A stretch of DNA of 64,000 nt, taken from Podospora anserina. Taxonomy: Eukaryota. A program made the position numbers and the translations under genes. The notes below the pieces were generated by a model that worked only from the letters and a program-made list of their open reading frames with translations, did no database searches and was not told where the DNA came from. Within the stretch, counting starts at the first letter, position 1. Every line of letters starts with the position of its first letter. The stretch is taken from assembly GCA_017654855.1 (NCBI GenBank), contig CM030337.1, forward strand, positions 3,720,001 through 3,784,000. The letters run 5' to 3'. Of the stretch, positions 36,338 through 49,873 are shown one piece after another.

Positions 36338-37048
36338 ATGACAGGCAAAGGCTCCGCCTACGGCCAAGCAGCCGGCGACACCGACTTTCGCAAAAAGTAC
36401 GACCTCGACGAGTACGCCGCCAAAGCCGCCGCCCGCGAAGCCGCCGAGAAGGAAGAGCGCAAAGCCCGGTACGAAGCCAAGCTGGCGGGCAAGAAATACT
36501 ACAAGCCCATGGACGGTACCGAGACCCTCACCGTCGCGCGCAATGCCACGCAGGACTTCTCCAAGATGGTCGGCACGACGTCTCTGGTGCCAGCCGGCGC
36601 CGGGGTCGGAAAAAGAGGACGGGGCGCTGGCTTCTACTGCGAGGCTTGCGACTTGACGTTCAAGGACAATCTACAATGGCTGGAGCACACGAATAGCATG
36701 CAGCACCAGCGGGCTGTCGGTGCGACGGGGCAGGTGAAGAAGGCGACGGCGGAGGAGGTGCATGCTAGGATTGAGGCGCTGTGGCAAAGGCAGCAGGAGT
36801 TGAAGAGGGAGCAGGTTATCACCTTGCAGGAGAGGTTGGAGGTTAGGAAGGAGGAGGAGGAGAAGGAAAGGGAGGAGAGGAGGAGGAAGAGGAAGGAGGC
36901 GGAGGAGAAGAAGAGGTTGGAGAAGGAGGCGGCGTTGAAGGCGAAGACGGACTATGGGGAGGATGTGAGGATCGAGGGGGAGCATGACGAGGATGATATG
37001 ATGGCCGCCATGGGGTTTACTGGCTTCGGGACGACGGCGAAGAAATGA
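36338..37048 (+). CDS. SNU23: U4/U6.U5 snRNP zinc-finger protein (Snu23/ZMAT2)
   Basis: DTDFRKKYDLDEY, GFYCEACDLTFKDNLQWLEHTNSMQH, charged coiled coil, MMAAMGFTGFGT. Confidence 0.9.
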   Translation: MTGKGSAYGQAAGDTDFRKKYDLDEYAAKAAAREAAEKEERKARYEAKLAGKKYYKPMDGTETLTVARNATQDFSKMVGTTSLVPAGAGVGKRGRGAGFYCEACDLTFKDNLQWLEHTNSMQHQRAVGATGQVKKATAEEVHARIEALWQRQQELKREQVITLQERLEVRKEEEEKEREERRRKRKEAEEKKRLEKEAALKAKTDYGEDVRIEGEHDEDDMMAAMGFTGFGTTAKK

Positions 37049-37614
37049 GTATCCTGCTCGGGGGTTTTGGTTATGTCTTTGCAAAAAAATTGGGTGGGCG
37101 AAAGATACCATATGCATGGCGTGGGCGTTTGGATTTTATTGGAACATTTGGTTGGGACTAGCGGAAGAGTAACAGGCAAACAGAGTAAGCCTGCATAACG
37201 TCCCCAATAATGAATCATTTTGGATATCTTTTGCTGAACATGAAAGCAAACAGTCTCGAGGCCCCCCCAATCCCGTGATGGTGGTTGGAACAGAGACTGG
37301 GACAGGGACCCCCCTGTCGCCGTTTTCATTCGGGAGGCGGGGAACCGCCCGCTTTTGATCCCACTGCTGCAAGAAGCCGCTGGACCCATGTCATCGTCTT
37401 GACACCATTCAAGTCGACAAACGCCCGGAGCCCCACGATTGCACGACAGCATCAGTCTTACCAAACCAGCGTTGAATCGAACACGCCCAATCTCGTCCGC
37501 GAGTTTGACCCCGTGATTCAAACAAATACTTCCCAGAACCACCCCACCAAAACCTCCCAGCTAGCAGGCTTCAGGCACACAACACCATACCACAATCACC
37601 ACATCATCAACACC

Positions 37615-38210
37615 ATGTCCAGCGTCTCTTCAGCAGCGGCCGCCTCCCTCCTCAAGCGACAGCTCAAACAAATGCAAACCGACAAAGACATTCCAGGCAT
37701 CTCATGCGGCCTCGTCTCGGACAATAATATCTTCGAGTGGGAAGTCATGCTGATGATCAGCGACGAGTGTAAATACTACGGCGGTCTGTCTCCGCTTCTC
37801 AATCACCCCCTTATATCCCATCGCTAACCTTGTATATGTATACAGGAGGCAACTTCCGCGCCATCCTCACCTTCCCCCCAACCTATCCCTTGATGCCCCC
37901 CAAGCTCGTCTTCCAGTCACCCATCCCGTTCCACCCAAACATCTATCCCGACGGGAGATTGTGTATTTCGATCTTGCACCCCCCAGAAGAGGATATTTCG
38001 GGGTATGAAAAGGCTAGCGAGAGGTGGAGTCCGGTGCAGAGCCCCGAGTCGATATTGCTCAGTGTGATTAGCTTGTTTGAGGATCCGAATGACGAGAGTC
38101 CGGCGAATTTGGACGCGGCGGTGTTGTTGAGGGAGGAGAGGGAGGGGAAGAGTAAGGAGTTTAGGAAAAGGGTCAGGCAGTGTGTTAGGGAGAGTTTGGG
38201 AGAGGATTAA
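37615..38210 (+). CDS. Ubiquitin-conjugating enzyme E2 (Ubc7/UBE2G/Cdc34 class with acidic loop)
   Basis: Intron 37784-37845; FHPNIYPDGRLCISILHPP..GYE..SERWSPVQ. Confidence 0.93.
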
Positions 38211-38328
38211 GTTGGGATGTTAATCTTCTTGCGAAATAGCTGGCGTTAATGGCAGCCAGACAGCACAAAGCGAGAAAACCGGTTCAATCAAGCCATTCAT
38301 ATACTCTTCCTCTCCTGCCCCTGGAATT

Positions 38329-39741
38329 TCAAGAACTTTCCTCGACGAAACCCATCAACCTCCCCACTGTCCCATCCCACTCCTCATCCCACCTCCTCCT
38401 CCCCTCCTCCACGGCCCCCTTCTTCAAGTGTTTCAACTCGTTCTCCCCCTCCGGCTTCAACAACTCCCCCAACACCCCCGCCAGCTCCTCCCCAGTCTCA
38501 AACCCCCTCCCATTCACCCCCTCCTTGACCAGCTCCCCAAAACTCTCATACCCCCCATACGCCACCACCGGCAGCCCAGCCCCAAACATGTCCACTACCT
38601 TCATCGGCAAATCCACCCCCGAAGAGCTCATATGCAGACAAACCCCCAGATCAGCACATGCCAGCAACCTGGCGTAGTCCTCAAAGGGTAGAAACAAAGT
38701 GGCAATCCTCACGTTAGGTAGCTTCCCTTCCTTGACCAGAGCATCAATCTTGTCGTCATAATACTCTTTTTGCGGTCCCTTCCCGGTGATGAGCGCCAGG
38801 ATTGGAACCGCGTCAGGTCTGGCTGCGTACATGGTGAGGGCGGAGAGAAGAAGAGAGAAATCCTCGTCTGGTGTCCAGGACGTGCTCGAGACAAGAAGCT
38901 TCATCTTGCCCGAGACCAGGGCGCGGTAGTATTCCCTTCCGGAGGGGAATATTATCTTGTCTAAGGCTTCGTTGCGAGCGTTGGGGGAGAGGATAGGTTG
39001 GAAGATTGCCGCGGGCCGGTCGTGGACGGTGATCATGGGTTTGTGAGGGGGGATGCTGTAGGGGGCGGCGCGGAGTTGGCGGGCCATGGCGTTCGTCACC
39101 GTCAGGTGGTGAGAGCCTAAGCGACCGAGGTAGGTTTCGTAGATTTTGGAGAGGGAGACAAAGGGGTGGGAGGGTCCTTTGGTAGAGGAGAGGATTGTCC
39201 AGCCGTAGTTGTGCCAGTCGATTATCAGGTGGGAGTTGCGGAGGTAGGAGGTGAGGCTGGCGATGGCGAGGGTGGGGATGGAGGGGGGGTTTTGGACCAA
39301 AAGCCAGGCGGAGGGGGGGAGGAGGTAGAGGAGGAGGTAGGAGAGGTGGAGGATTTGGAAGATGACTTTGATAGGGGCGAATAGTAAGAAGGGGACAGAG
39401 GGAGGGCGGGAAGGAGGGGTGGGGAGGGGGATGAGGGTGATGTTGGGATTGGTGAGGATGTCGGGGTGAGGAGAGGTTTCTATATGTGGTGTTGGTGAGT
39501 GAGACTGGCGGGTGTGAACAGATGAATACATACCGAGATATCCTATAAGCTTGACTTTTCCTCCATGTTTGGCGATGCTCAGGGCATGATATGTCATACG
39601 GGGACTCCTCCCAATATCACCAAGGACCAGAATGTGAACTGGCACCCCCTTCCCTGTGGTGTGTCCATTGTATCTTGATGGCTTCAGGACGATGTAGGCT
39701 ATTAATAAGCCCAAAAGGACAAGGCTGATGAGCCCTGCCAT
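38329..39741 (-). CDS. ALG1: Chitobiosyldiphosphodolichol beta-1,4-mannosyltransferase
   Basis: VLGDIGRSPRM, QNPPSIP, IDWHNYG, SSTSWTPDEDF, SSSGVDLPMKVVDMFG; in-frame 54-nt intron 39480-39533. Confidence 0.95.
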   Translation of the reverse strand: MAGLISLVLLGLLIAYIVLKPSRYNGHTTGKGVPVHILVLGDIGRSPRMTYHALSIAKHGGKVKLIGYLGMYSSVHTRQSHSPTPHIETSPHPDILTNPNITLIPLPTPPSRPPSVPFLLFAPIKVIFQILHLSYLLLYLLPPSAWLLVQNPPSIPTLAIASLTSYLRNSHLIIDWHNYGWTILSSTKGPSHPFVSLSKIYETYLGRLGSHHLTVTNAMARQLRAAPYSIPPHKPMITVHDRPAAIFQPILSPNARNEALDKIIFPSGREYYRALVSGKMKLLVSSTSWTPDEDFSLLLSALTMYAARPDAVPILALITGKGPQKEYYDDKIDALVKEGKLPNVRIATLFLPFEDYARLLACADLGVCLHMSSSGVDLPMKVVDMFGAGLPVVAYGGYESFGELVKEGVNGRGFETGEELAGVLGELLKPEGENELKHLKKGAVEEGRRRWDEEWDGTVGRLMGFVEESS

Positions 39742-40919
39742 GTCTGCGCTGTTGGCGTTTGTGAGCTGTTGGGTTTGTCAAAGTTAGATTCACTTCAGCC
39801 AACCGATGGCTAATAGTGACCAAGGCCAAGTGGCATCTGTCGGTTTCTCAAGTGTTGGCTGAATTACGCTTGTCTGACAACCCAACTTACATCAGCCAAC
39901 GATGGGCCCCGTGTGGTAGACTGACAGGTGCCAGTTGAACTGTCGACGTTGAACCTCAGCCTCGTGAAGCCAGCTGTGTCCTCAGCATCAGCCCTGCGTT
40001 AATAAGCTTAATTAGGAAGCTGAGATGGGGTGTGGTTGAAGGTGTTAGTGATAGGTCATGAATGTGAGACTTCATTAACGCAGATTATCTGGGTGGGATG
40101 GTCGCGGTCTGGGCTGCATCGCGGTGCATTGGCGGGGCCGGGGGTCAACACGTTCGCAGCCACTGGACCAATCAGAAGCCACAATGTCCGTGGGCCTTGA
40201 TAGCCCTCTCCACCAGCCCAAGCCCGGCTCAGGGGTCAAAAAGGGAAGGCGGCCGTGGAGTGCAGCGAGTCCAGCGACAGGGAAAGGGAAGGTGGAGGAG
40301 GGACAAGTCTGGGGCAAGCAACAGCACGACATTCACCGTCTGGAAACACATCAAAAGTCCAGGTGTCTCATCCCATCTCCTCTCAACTCACCCCCCGCCG
40401 CACTCTGACATATTGACATCTCTCTCTTCCCTGATCCTCTCTCCCAACAACGTGTGAAACCAGCGCGCCACCGTGTGTTGGGCTGTCCAGTGAGCCAGTG
40501 CCGTTCGTTTATCAACCACGGATACCAACAGTCTAATAATCTAAAATCCGTTGCGATTGCGGGTCTCGAGACGTCCCACGACATCATCGGTGGCTGCCCC
40601 TCGGAGTAAGTTTGCTGCATTGTCTTGCTTTTGGACGCCTTGAAATAAATTGAATATTCTTGTTGACCGCCAAGGATCAGCTCCCCTGGTGATTTTGGGG
40701 CGACGCCTGATCGAGATTCCCGCCTGACGAGCGACTTTTCCCATCGATTCCCCATTCGCCATCCATCACGATCAAAAACCGTTGCAGCCCCGGCGCAACC
40801 CCTCCCCGCGACTCCGACGTCAACCACATGTCCGCCAGCAGATAGCACCGGGAGTCATTGACGCTCCTCTCACTCTTTAATCAACGACACACAGTCACTC
40901 TCGACGACATCTTGCTACC

Positions 40920-42655
40920 ATGACATCGACATACGCCTTGCCAGCGACGGCCATCCACCAACATCATCCTTCCTCCGACCACGGCTGTTCGCATTCCCAC
41001 TCGCATTCGCACTCCCACAGCCATGGCCACAACAACGGCCACTTACATAGCACCTCATCACTGGGTGGACTGAGCCCGACTCGAAGCAGGAAGGAGTCCA
41101 GAGCTAATGGCGGTCACTCCCACAATCGCAGCCAGGATCATGACATCAACCACACCAACCACCGAGCCAACTCGAGCGTCCCCAAGCCACTAAATCTCGG
41201 GCCGACGTTGAGTTCCAACGCGCACTGGAGGACCGAGTCGACACTGGGAGGCAAGCCTTTGGTAACACCAACCAGCGCCAGCTTCGACGCCGCCGGGATA
41301 TACCAACCGCCGGCTTCCAGAGTGCGTGCCGATACACGCTCCCACGACCACTCCCACGACCATGACCACGATCACGGACATGGGCACAGTCATGATCATG
41401 ACCATGGCCACGGTCATGGCCATGATCACTCGGTGGAGCGGTCAAGATTCACAAAGTTCTTGCTACCGCGGATCGCGAGGTGGCCCCTGGTCCATGCGGT
41501 GGTAGTGGAGAAGGACTCTCGCCGAATATTCTACTTTATGTCGTATGTGCCATCTCTTGTCCCCTTTTGCCATTATGCTATCAGTTCGCCGACTAACCAT
41601 TGTCACTGTGCAGACTCAACCTCGCGTTTATGATGATCCAAGCATTTTACGGTTATGTCACAGATTCCCTTGGTCTGTTGAGTGACAGCATTCATATGTT
41701 CTTCGACTGCGTGGCATTGGCAGTCGGCCTGTTTGCTGCCGTTGCGAGCAAATGGCCACCGAGCGAGCGGTTCCCATACGGCTTTGGCAAAATCGAGACG
41801 TTGAGCGGTTTTGCCAACGGTGTGTTCCTGATTCTCATCAGCGTCGAAATTATGATTGAGGCGTGTGAGCGCATGATGGAGGGCAGGGAAACCAAACGGC
41901 TTGGAGAGCTGTTTGTGGTCAGCACGCTGGGCCTACTGGTCAATTTGGTGGGCATGGCGGCATTCGGGCACCATCATCATGGACATGATCATGGGCACTC
42001 TCATAGTGGTTGTGGTGGACATTCGCATGGTCACGATCACAAACACGACCATGGCCATGATCACGACCACAGGGATGAGAAGAAGGATGCCCACGGTCAC
42101 TCGCATTCGCACTCCCACGACAACGAAAACATGTACGGCATCTATCTTCATGTGTTAGCCGACACTTTGGGAAGCGCGGCTGTTATCGTATCGACCATTC
42201 TTACACACTTTTATAAGTGGGCTGGCTGGGATCCTCTGGCCTCTTTCCTCATTGCTCTCCTGATTTTGCTTTCGGCGCTGCCGCTGGTCAAGTCTTCGGC
42301 AAGGAGGTTACTGCTTACGATTCCACCCGAGATCGAGTATAACTTGCGCGATACCTTGTCTGGAATCACAGGTTTGAAGGGTGTGGTCAGCTACGCGGCG
42401 CCCAAGTTTTGGATGGATGACCGGCACAGTGAGGGCGGGCCGGCGAATAAACTCCTCGGTGTCATGCACGTTGTGGCGGGCCGGGGCATGGACATGGAGG
42501 ACGTGCGGGATCGTGTGCGCAACTACCTGCTTGAACACAACATTGATATCACGTTGCAGGTCGAGCGGGAAGGGGACACAAGCTGCTGGTGTGGCGTAGG
42601 ACGGAGTCCGCTCTCCCAGGCTCACAAGTCGACAAATAGCATCAGCATCTTCTAG
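40920..42655 (+). CDS. Cation diffusion facilitator Zn transporter (Msc2/Cis4/ZnT5-7-like) with His-rich tracts
   Basis: Intron 41543-41613; SLGLLSDSIHMFFDC, FPYGFGKIETLSGFAN, NMYGIYLHVLADTLGS; HS/HD/HG repeats. Confidence 0.93.
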
Positions 42656-44464
42656 GGAGAGGGTGGGGATTTGGTTTAGTCGATGCTCTCTTTCGGTTTT
42701 GGTCCGTTTTGGTCAGATGTTGGCTGGTCTGGATTGGAGTACACTGGGGCACTTTTTTTGATATTGGAACCATGGCGTCGTTTCTCTTCCTCATTGGTTT
42801 TTGGTCCGAGGAAAGATAGGGAGCATGGCTCACGCACGCTTAATCCGGGAGAGGGCAGAGGAGGTGTAGTCCGTATCAGAGAAGGAAATGGTGTACATGG
42901 CATGTATGCGTTTGCTATCGGTCACTTGTATCTAGCGGGTCAATGGATTACCATGATCACTTGCTATTGAATGTTGTGCCTTGCTCATGTCAACACTGTT
43001 AGCATCATCGCCTGGGGTTAGGGTTGAATATATGCCATCGCGAACCCAAAAATGCCCTTGGCTGACGCATTTCACATGCAAATCCCCAGAGAAAAGGCTT
43101 GGCGTGTGTAGCTCGACCTGCGCTTGGCGTCGGTCGAGACATGCCCCTCCACACACCCCACAAGACTTCAGGAGGGAATGAATGCAGGTCACACCTGAAC
43201 TCAACCGAGAGCCATTGTTTGGCCAGGGACGCAGTCATCCGTCTGTCCGATGCTGTGCCCTCAGGCTGACAGACTCGAGGCTTATTCTAACGGATGACCT
43301 TTGTCAGAGGATCCATTCTGCGAATTCAACCACTTGACCGAATGATGTCCCTTCCATGATACCGAGGATAGCATACATACATAACCAGGGCACAAAGAGC
43401 TACCCCACGCTCAACCTGGCAATCTGTTTCAAAAAGAATCCACCTCCAGAACTGTGGGAAAGGGTCCCCTCCTCGTTCAGTGGCGACGCGGGATGGTTGG
43501 GGGACGGGGCAGGGTGTACATATACAGCAACGCGGACATAAGGGCCGTTGTATTCTCGGTTTTTTTTTTTTTTTGCCAAAAGTCGATTCGTTGATGGGGG
43601 TGAGAGAAATAATGACAACCGACGACCGAGGGAGGATAAGGTCAGGCTGGGTGTCTGGAGAGGTGAAGCTCTTTGCGGGGAGAAGGTAGATTCGCTGCGC
43701 TTGGCTTATAATTAGCGGGTAGCTCCCTCTTTAAAAGCCGCACTAAGATGTGTTGTAGACTTCAAATGCCGTTGGCTGCCGGCACAGGAGAGAGAGGCAT
43801 CACGGAAACAGGGACAGAGAAGTTTGGGGGATGTTCTACAAAGGAGTCCAACCGCCTAGCTGGGTCTTGAGGCTGAGGGGGAGGGAACTGTAATTCCCTT
43901 GTGATCACTGCCCATGGGACATCCCACCTTTTTCCTGTCCACAAAGGGGAGGAGAGGTGAGTGTGTGGCCGCTGTTCGGTTTGGCGGGGCTCCTTTTTGC
44001 CGAGGTTCTTGGGGTCCGGGGTGTGGGTGACGTCCGTGGCTGCTGCAAGCGTGTGTTCCGCGCAAAGGGCAGCTTTCTCTCTCAAAACCACCTCGTTTGC
44101 GCCGATCCTTTTTTTTTCCCTTTCATTCACGTCAGTTTTGCGCTCAATTCTCTTTTTTTTCTTTTCCACAGCGTCTCTTGCCATTTGCCTGCTTTACACC
44201 CTCCACAGACTCTGTTGTTTAGGAACAGACATACACAGCCGACAAGGACAACCCCTCCATATCTCAAGAACAGAACAGACACACGCGACAGTCGGAACAC
44301 CAGACGAGGTTTCTTCAGAAATCCGGTGGGAAAATCAGGGGTGCATAAGGGTCCCGAAAGTCTAAAGTCTAAACAAACCTTCAACAAGTCCGGATCTCCG
44401 TTTCCCGGTCCCTCTTCTTCGGCCGTTTCTCCCTCTTCGCCGCCACTTTCCACAGCAACCAAAA

Positions 44465-45548
44465 ATGTCGTCCACATCCCCCGACCAGAAGCTCCAGGCT
44501 GTCCTCCCCGACGCCGTGGCCGATAAGATCCCCCACATCCCAGAAAGCAAGGAGGAGCTCAAGGCGGACGCCAAGGCGGCGGCTTCGACGGGCTTGGCCC
44601 AAGTACGGTCGTTTGTCGCCGGTGGCTTTGGTGGTGTCTGCGCTGTGGTTGTCGGCCATCCTTTTGACTTGGTCAAGGTCAGGCTTCAGACTGCTGAGAA
44701 GGGGGTGTACTCGAGTGCGATTGATGTGGTGAGGAAGAGTGTGGCCAAGGATGGGTTGAAGAGAGGGTTGTATGCTGGTGTGAGCGCGCCATTGGTCGGT
44801 GTTACGCCCATGTGTGAGTATTCCCTTTCATCTTTTTCCTCGGAAGCGCGAATGCTGATTTGCTACTTGAACAGTCGCCGTCTCCTTCTGGGGCTACGAC
44901 CTCGGCAAGAGCATCGTCCGCTCCACCTCTACCGTCAGCCCAGATGGCAACCTCTCCATTGCCCAGATTTCCGCCGCCGGTTTCTTCTCCGCCATCCCCA
45001 TGACCGCCATTACCGCCCCCTTTGAGCGCGTCAAGGTCATCCTCCAGGTTCAGGGTCAGAAGCAGCTCGCCCCCGGGGAGAAGCCAAAGTACAGCGGCGG
45101 CATGGACGTCGTCCGCCAGCTCTACCGCGAGGGCGGTGTCCGCTCCGTCTTCCGCGGTTCCGCCGCCACCCTCGCCCGTGATGGTCCCGGTTCGGCTGCT
45201 TATTTCGCTGCGTATGAGTACTGCAAGCGGGCGCTCACCCCCAAGGATCCCGTCACTGGCGAGGCCAGCGGCAAGTTGAGCTTGACGGCTATTACCTGCG
45301 CTGGTGCCGCTGCTGGTGTGGCCATGTGGATTCCTGTCTTCCCTATCGACACGGTGAAGAGTAGGCTGCAGACTGCGGAGGGCAATGTCACGATTGGTGG
45401 CGTCGTCAAGGGCCTGTATGCCAAGGGTGGTTACAAGGCCTTCTTCCCTGGTTTCGGGCCCGCGTTGGCGAGAGCGGTCCCTGCTAATGCGGCGACCTTT
45501 TTGGGCGTAGAGCTGGCGCACCAGGCCATGAACAAGGTCTTCAACTGA
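44465..45548 (+). CDS. CRC1: Mitochondrial carnitine/acylcarnitine carrier
   Basis: Intron 44814-44874; three PX(D/E)XXK repeats (PFDLVK, PFERVK, PIDTVK); GVTPMFA; RAVPANAATF. Confidence 0.92.
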
Positions 45549-46208
45549 GGAAGTGATGTAAAGGGGAGGGTATAGACAGGGAGGATCTTCTTATTGGTCT
45601 AGGCATCGTGGGAAGGGATCTGTAAAAACTGACTTTTGGGTTTTTGTTTATCATACCTTGTTTCAGGCGGTATTTTCTGTTCAAAGAGCGGGACAGGGAG
45701 TCTTGGGTTTTGCGGCATGGCAACTGGCAGAGACATGTACTGTGTTTTTGTTTTCTTTTCACTTTGTTAGAATGTCAGGAGGATAGAAAGGGGTGTAAAT
45801 CGCAAGGGCACAATGACATATGATACGGACCTATCGTGTTTTGATAACCAAAACCATATATCAACACAAAGGGTTTGAATCGTACGCCATTGTGCCCCTC
45901 GGGATTCACACCCCTTTCTATCCTTCACCCCAAAATCGTAGGCAAGAAAATAGAGACTTGTACTGCGAAATAAGGCCTTTCTGAGATCCAACATCCTCAC
46001 ATTCACACACTCACCAATCATTTCAACCATGATTTTCATATACAGCATATCCTCACGAATGGGGGACAGATCGGGTTAGGGTTAGATAACAGTTGACGTG
46101 TCTGGTCCGTGCATGTAAGTCAAAAAAGCCCCTCGACTGTCTTCGGACAACTCAAAACATCAGACGTCAAGTCAGGGAGATTGAAAAAAACTTTAGGAAG
46201 CAGTTAAG

Positions 46209-49200
46209 ATGGATTCCACATCGAAAGAACCCCCAAAACAAAAGGTAAGCACCTGTCCGACTCCGCGTCCTCCTTTACTTTGAAGCTAGCTGTTGCTGGT
46301 GAGGGCGAGTCGCGCTCAGTGCACTCTTCACTCTGGGCAACTCAGCAAAGCTGCATCTCTTATGGAACTGCCGACCGCAACCGTGAAATCAAGCTCGTCA
46401 ATTTCTTCCAAGCGGAAAGATCTGATTCCCATTCATTCTGCTCTCCTCTTTTCACCCTTTCATCTCTGTCTTGAGCATTGTTGTTGGTTCAAATACAGAC
46501 TTCATCATGGCTCCCACAACCGACGAGAGGGGTGTTCCCATTCCGACCATCAAACGTGATGACGAAGGTTTCCCTCCTTCTCCTACTTTGGGAGCCTCTT
46601 CTCTGGACCTCAGACCAGCTATCCACTCACCGGATGTCTCTGCCAAACCCACCTGCAATCCTACCAGCAAGCCTTCCGCCCCAGGAGTTGGTGCAGATCT
46701 AACCTTTTCTAAAAAGTATCTTCCCCTTCGGGAGTTGACCCTCAACTCGAGACCCTTGGTCAAGCGAGCCATTCAGTTCTCATGCGATGGCGACCTAGCT
46801 GTTGCTGCTGACGACTCGGTCCATGTCTTTGTTCCCGAGTTTCCAGATCTCACCAGACGCAGGAAGAGGATCGCAGAGGGAGGTGACCCGGAGTCTTCGG
46901 ATGAAGAGGAAACCAATGAACAGAAAGGCAAGTACAACCCAGAGACGTTTAGGACGCAATACTCTGAGGGTAGCAAACACATGCCCGTCTCTTTTCCGCC
47001 ACTCGACCCGCGGATCAACAAGGAGCTCTACGATGCTGAAGGGATGCCTTTTCCTTACGACAAGACTTCTGCCCCGCCCAAGCCTCAGGGTGTGGAGAAG
47101 GACACAAATGGTCAAGAGGATGGCCGAGATGCCGGAGATGGTGATCAGGCCGACGGTGTCGAGGGGGACGACGATGACGACTGGGAAGATGACTCGGACG
47201 ATAGCAGTGTTGACGATGACCCAGCTGGCGGTGGTGCCAGACTCGGCTCCAATCAGCCATACGGCGCGGGCTCTGGCCCGATCACCAGTGTTGGCAGCAG
47301 CATGAACCACGTCGTCAAGATCAGCTGGTCGCCGTCCGAGCTCGGGGTCAACAGACGCCCGATCCTCGGCATTCTCACCGGAGCTGGGACGCTCGCCATG
47401 TACGGCGACGGTGACATGGCCGCGAACGTGCTCGGAAGCGCCAACGGGTACATGCTGCAGCGCCGTGAGCTCGCGTCCTGGCTGGTTCTTTGGGGCGTGG
47501 GCGAGCGGATGATGGTGCCCGGCCAGTCGCCCGCCTACAGCGAGTACATCCGTACGTTCGCCTGGGCGCAGGAAATTGGCCCTGGCCAGGCACTGCTGGC
47601 CACGCTGAACGATGCCAAGGAGATCGCCATCATCAGCGTACAGACAGTCGTGTATGTGGAAGAGGTTTCGGAGAAGGGAAGGGCGGTGGGTGGCCCTGCC
47701 GAGAAGACGGTCTGGCATGTCCGTGAGCTTGTACGCTTCAAGGCGGAGGGGCCCCATCTGCCTGTTTCGGTAAGCTGATCGAACTGGGCGGAAAGTTTAT
47801 GGAGGGCTAACACCAGATGACAGACCATGGATCCAGACTATGTCCCTTGCGGCACCTCCTTTGGTCTGAGCTTTGGTCCCTGGCTTGAGGATGATGGTGG
47901 ACGTACGTGTGTCCTTGGATATCTCGACCGGAACTACGTCGGCTTCCGCAAACTTCGCATCGACAAACCGTGGACCAGAGGCCAGTTGCCCAAGCTTCAG
48001 GTTGAGAACAAGGACACCCACGGCCAATGTGTTCATCTGACCACGGACGGGTTTATTGAGTTTGAGCAAGGGGTAAGCCGCTGCCGAGACGGTCTGCGTC
48101 GATGTCTCTCGGTACTGACGCCGTATAGATCTTTCACAAGGGTGATATGATAGGCTGCCGGGGAATGATTTCTACAGGCTGGCATCCTGTTCCGTTTGAG
48201 GTTTCCCTCGCCAGTGGAGCCCTGGCTGAAACGGCGAAGCACAAGACGGGCGTCTGCGGAACCACATACAACCTCCAACATTGCGAGAACCCCATCGTTG
48301 GTAAGACGTTCAAGTGTGTATCTTTTGTCTGGGGTTTGCTAAGTCTTGTTATGCAGATATGGTTGTCCACCCCCCGCCTGACCCGGCCAGACCAACTCCG
48401 ACCCCTCTGTACACCTTGGTTCGCTTGTCTGCCACGCCTACCACGCCGAACTGGTATGAGACCAACGTCCCTTCTGCTCTCGCCGCGGACCCCAGCAGTC
48501 CTTACTTTCAGTGGGCTCGCTCAATCCAACAAAAGCTGGAGGTATTGGTCCCAGCCGACATGTACCAGAAGCGTGCCTACGGTGCCGACGACAGCGATTC
48601 GGATGAGGAGTCTGACGACGGCGTTCTCATGGAAGATACCCTTGAGGATGACGAAGGCGTTAATTACACGGGAGAAGGACTCACGGCTATCGACCTCACC
48701 ACGGATGCTAATGTCGCCAGGGAGGTCAAGGTTGTCCCCGAGGTCCACCCTCATCGGTTCCGTTTCCATGGTCTTACCTTGTCTGCTGGCGGCGGCGCCT
48801 CTGCTGTCTTGGTTTCTGCCCACAGCACGCAGCATCCCGAGCGAGGCGGTTGGCACACGCAGCGCTCGCAGGTCTTGTTCAGCTACAAACCTCGTCGCGC
48901 CTCGGGCCGTTCCCTGAGTATGTACATGGACGACGACAACCTGAACTTTTCCTTGGTGAGTTCCATGAGCACCGAAGGGAAACTGTTTGAGTATCTCTAC
49001 GGCGGCGGCCCCGACGTGCCAGGCGTGCACTACCCGCTGTCGTCGGATCCCCGACACGCGCATGTTGCTCAGATCTTTGCTCCTGTGGTTCGGAACCAAA
49101 AGTGCGAGGTTTGCGGGGCGGCCGTCACGCAAAGCATGAGGAAGGAGGACCTGGTTGGGTGTGAGAAGGGGCATTTCTTTGGCATTTGTGCTCTGAGCGG

Positions 49201-49369
49201 GCTGGCTGTGCAGAAGCCGGGTATGACGCGGAGCTGCGGGACATGCGGGTTCAAGACCATGAGGCCGGAGATTTTGCTGCAAAAGGTTCCCGAGGATATC
49301 AAGGAGGAGGTCAAGGGGGTTATTGGACGGGGGAGCTGCATGGCTTGCTCGGGCAAGTTTCTCAACTAG
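46209..49369 (+). CDS. TFIIIC 90-kDa (delta; Tfc8/Sfc9-like) subunit with C-terminal zinc finger
   Basis: Exons 46209-46244, 46717-47769, 47824-48072, 48129-48300, 48357-49369 (alternative start at ATG 46507); FSCDGDLAV, WSP..LG..RRPIL; C-terminal CEVC..CEKGH..CALSG..CGTC..CMAC. Confidence 0.8.
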
Positions 49370-49873
49370 TAGTGAGCCGGGGGGGAGGGGCGGTTGGTAA
49401 ACTGATGATGGATCCTGGCTTCTGGGACATGGTTGATACCCTGATAAAGTTGGTGGTGCAGCGGTTTGTTACTCAGCAGAGGATAGTCTGTCGTGGGTTT
49501 TGAACAGGTATAGTGAGTACAGTACCAGCAAACCTTTCACATTGCTCGGGACATGAACATGATGTGTGGTGATGTGCAAGGTCGGGGGCATCACTGCCCC
49601 TGAAATGAATTGTCAAAACATGGCTGGCTGACTATGATGGAGCAAAGTAACAAGACGATGTGAAACCAGGTCGTTTACCTGTAATGTATGTACATGGACC
49701 CGAGTCCTTCTCCCTCTCTCCGCGGCTCGACCAATTCAGGGGCTTCGGGCCGTGCTGTTTGGTGAGGTGTATAGGCTCACAATGGAACCCAGTGGGTATT
49801 TCTCACCAAAGCTCCTAAAACCCAGCAGGGGATTTTTCGTTGTATGCAGCAGCTCAGGATCGACCATCCAACC

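Noticed and set aside
40960..42120. His-rich tandem repeats
   Set aside because: Explained by the normal metal-binding tracts of CDF transporters.
46072..46085. Telomere-like GGGTTAGGGTTAG (also ~21685, ~43015)
   Set aside because: Only about two units; not a telomere or interstitial array.
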